Shown here piece by piece: positions 62,125 through 64,000 of a stretch of DNA of 64,000 nt (within the stretch, counting starts at the first letter, position 1; each line of letters begins with the position of its first letter). The notes beneath the pieces were generated by a model. That model had not been told where the DNA came from. It worked only from the letters and a program-made list of their open reading frames with translations, and made no database searches. Source of the DNA: Candidatus Peregrinibacteria bacterium (GTDB lineage Bacteria; Patescibacteriota; Gracilibacteria; UBA1369; JABINC01); assembly GCA_018697675.1 (NCBI GenBank), contig JABINC010000042.1:7077-71076 (forward strand), written 5' to 3'. Position numbers and translations under genes: made by a program.

Positions 62125-63801
62125 TTATCCTTTCCCATCTCTCTTGCTTCTTTTCCCACGTTGTTCTATATATCTCGCAAACTCACGCACCTCTTCATCA
62201 GATCCTGTCTCTTCTATGAGATCTTCCCCTGACTTTCCAAAAAATGCTAATAACATGCCTGCTGTTTTTCTACGCACCTCTTCTACATCTATATCTGGGA
62301 AAACAACTGCCATAAGCCTATTGAAAACATCTCGTTTCTTCTCTGATAATCCTTTGGGATATAAAATATATAATTTAAAATCATCTGCAAAGGACTCTGT
62401 GAAAAACGCACTCAGATTCTGCTTTTCCCAACTCGGCCTATTCATATAAGCGTTTGCATTAGCATAATCAGAATAATCTGTACGTTGATCCAATGCATGC
62501 ATTAGATACTCATCTCTTAGCATCAGACCTTCCTCATGATGATGAATTCGAAACATAACTGCGTGCCCGAGTTCGTGTAGGAATGTTCTAACGATTTTTA
62601 CTTTTTCATGCTTTCCATTTAATGCTAGCTTCATATTTAACTCCCCTCCTATGGTCCCCGCAGATGTAGCGAGTTGTGTTAATTTAATCTCACCCACCAC
62701 TCTCTTAGTTAATTCCGAAAGCCCTCCAGTTTCAATTATATCACATATCATTTCTTTATCTCTCTCCTGTATCACCTCATCCGCAACTATTGGTACTTCA
62801 TCGCGTTCTGCAAATTCCCTGTACCCTTCTTCACTATCATTAAATGCGCTATAGCGCACCCATGTTGCAGTTGCGATATTTTCGTAATACATGCATTGTT
62901 CATCATCTTTCAATACTTCTTGCCATTCCTCTTCTCCAAGATAAGAACGTAGCGCTGATAAAAATGAGGGCCTTCTCCGTATAAATCTTGAAAAATGCCC
63001 AGTGTTAATATTCGATCCATCTGATATATGTAATTCTATCAATTTCAGTGGCACGGCTTCTTTTATAAACTCCACCTTTTCTCTTAGCTTTTCTGCCAAC
63101 TTTCCCCTATATTTTTTCAATGTAGTCCCTTTTTTTAACTGTGCAAATGCAAAACGTTTAATTAGCATAGGGACATCATCACCTTTTAGAACTTCATATG
63201 ATTCTTCATCTGTATTTAGTAAAGCTTTTACCAAAGCACTATCCTCATAATCCTCTTCTCCCCACAGATCTCTCATCATTTGCCTTCTGTGCTCTAGCCA
63301 TTTCATAGGATCTTCGGATTCACGCATTACTTTTGTATCGTAGCATCCAAAACCAGTTAGTTCTGCGGCAAAAATATATGAAATTTTTTCAAAAATATAT
63401 TCCCATACTTCTTTTTCACTTCCTTCGAAATCTACTTCTTGGAATAATCTACTATTAAAAAATACTTTTTGTGCGAATTCCTCGCCATATCTTTTTTCAA
63501 GGCCAGATAATTTTCCAAGGATTTTTTCATGCAATTCATCTGCTATGAATCTCCTTTTTCTAAGAAATGTTACTGCCCATTCTCCATACCTATCTATTAG
63601 ATCTGACATGTGATCTAGCCTTTCTTCGAGCACGCCTTCTCGACCCCATGCAACTACGTCCATATCTCTTACGATGGGTTTTACTTTTTTTCGCAAATCC
63701 GCGCTTGTTTCAGCCAACAACCCTTCTGCCTCTGCATGCATTAAGGGAACCACTTCTTCTCGCCCTCTGTAATCCTCTATGTCTGGTATTTGATAATTCA
63801 T
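62125..63801 (-). CDS. 558-aa cytoplasmic-looking protein with a C-terminal gluzincin metallopeptidase domain resembling the anthrax lethal factor (ATLF/M34-like) family
   Basis: FLHELGHAV (nt 62563-62577), and 52 residues further on TESFADDFKLY. Compare LF FIHEFGHAV ... EFFAEAFRLM as I recall it. No signal peptide. Confidence 0.55.
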   Translation of the reverse strand: MNYQIPDIEDYRGREEVVPLMHAEAEGLLAETSADLRKKVKPIVRDMDVVAWGREGVLEERLDHMSDLIDRYGEWAVTFLRKRRFIADELHEKILGKLSGLEKRYGEEFAQKVFFNSRLFQEVDFEGSEKEVWEYIFEKISYIFAAELTGFGCYDTKVMRESEDPMKWLEHRRQMMRDLWGEEDYEDSALVKALLNTDEESYEVLKGDDVPMLIKRFAFAQLKKGTTLKKYRGKLAEKLREKVEFIKEAVPLKLIELHISDGSNINTGHFSRFIRRRPSFLSALRSYLGEEEWQEVLKDDEQCMYYENIATATWVRYSAFNDSEEGYREFAERDEVPIVADEVIQERDKEMICDIIETGGLSELTKRVVGEIKLTQLATSAGTIGGELNMKLALNGKHEKVKIVRTFLHELGHAVMFRIHHHEEGLMLRDEYLMHALDQRTDYSDYANANAYMNRPSWEKQNLSAFFTESFADDFKLYILYPKGLSEKKRDVFNRLMAVVFPDIDVEEVRRKTAGMLLAFFGKSGEDLIEETGSDEEVREFARYIEQRGKRSKRDGKG

Positions 63802-63844
63802 GATGTTCGTTAATCTTCGAAATTATAACATAAATCAGTAGGTA

Positions 63845-63872
63845 TTGACAGGTCTGGGGAGTGATGTAGAAT
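63845..63872 (+). promoter_or_regulatory. Sigma70-like promoter (TTGACA-N16-TAGAAT)
   Basis: -35 at 63845-63850 and -10 at 63867-63872, 30 nt upstream of the ATG at 63903. Confidence 0.45.
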
Positions 63873-63902
63873 ACTCCTCCTAGTTCGTTAAACCTTTTTA
63901 TT

Positions 63903-64000
63903 ATGACAGTTGCGGCAGTTGTAGAGCAAGTGGAGTCTGAATATATATTAGATGCTTTGATTCAAAGTGGAGAAATAAAACCATGCTTGGATAGCAATGC
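63903..64000 (+). CDS. 5' end of an unidentified gene running off the window
   Basis: ATG at 63903 follows a good promoter. The frame stays open to the window end (MTVAAVVEQVESEYILDALIQSGEIKPCLDSN...). Confidence 0.3.
   Translation, partial: MTVAAVVEQVESEYILDALIQSGEIKPCLDSN

Overview
This is a 64-kb window of a low-GC bacterial chromosome, roughly 40% GC judged by eye and not computed. Gene content suggests a small-genome, surface-attached Patescibacteria/CPR-like lineage. That placement is an inference from three things: compact housekeeping genes, pilins and giant adhesins, and A/T-rich start contexts that lack Shine-Dalgarno sequences. Housekeeping genes present are leuS (3' fragment), rsmI, tsaB, trxA, rnhA, two tandem tRNA-Gly, rarA, thyA-folA, grx, rlmH, archaeal-type PEP carboxylase, an NSS transporter, rlmD, cca, tsaD and hisS. 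They are interleaved with two other classes. (a) Envelope genes: three pilin-like genes, an Amidase_2-SpoIID fusion hydrolase, a CotH-like protein, four SLH-type proteins (two of them giants of 1216 and 2274 aa) and a Trx/DsbA pair. (b) Blocks of acidic cytoplasmic orphan proteins. The best candidate for an undescribed system is the minus-strand cassette at 13669-19056. It has its own promoter and encodes a 114-aa Cys protein, a 280-aa orphan, a bona fide NrdG-family radical-SAM activase with no NrdD nearby, and a 1141-aa AAA+/coiled-coil/duplicated beta-module protein. A HAD phosphatase gene lies just upstream in the same orientation. A second orphan operon (36107-39394) appears to share a small beta-rich module with the AAA+ protein. 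Other notable items are two HNH-endonuclease paralogs that carry a conserved, possibly structured ~110-nt leader; a (GTTG)14 microsatellite; a 558-aa protein with an anthrax-lethal-factor-like HEXXH...ExFAxxF domain; and low-complexity in-frame repeats inside tsaD and one HNH gene. I saw no rRNA, CRISPR array, transposase, integrase or reverse transcriptase.
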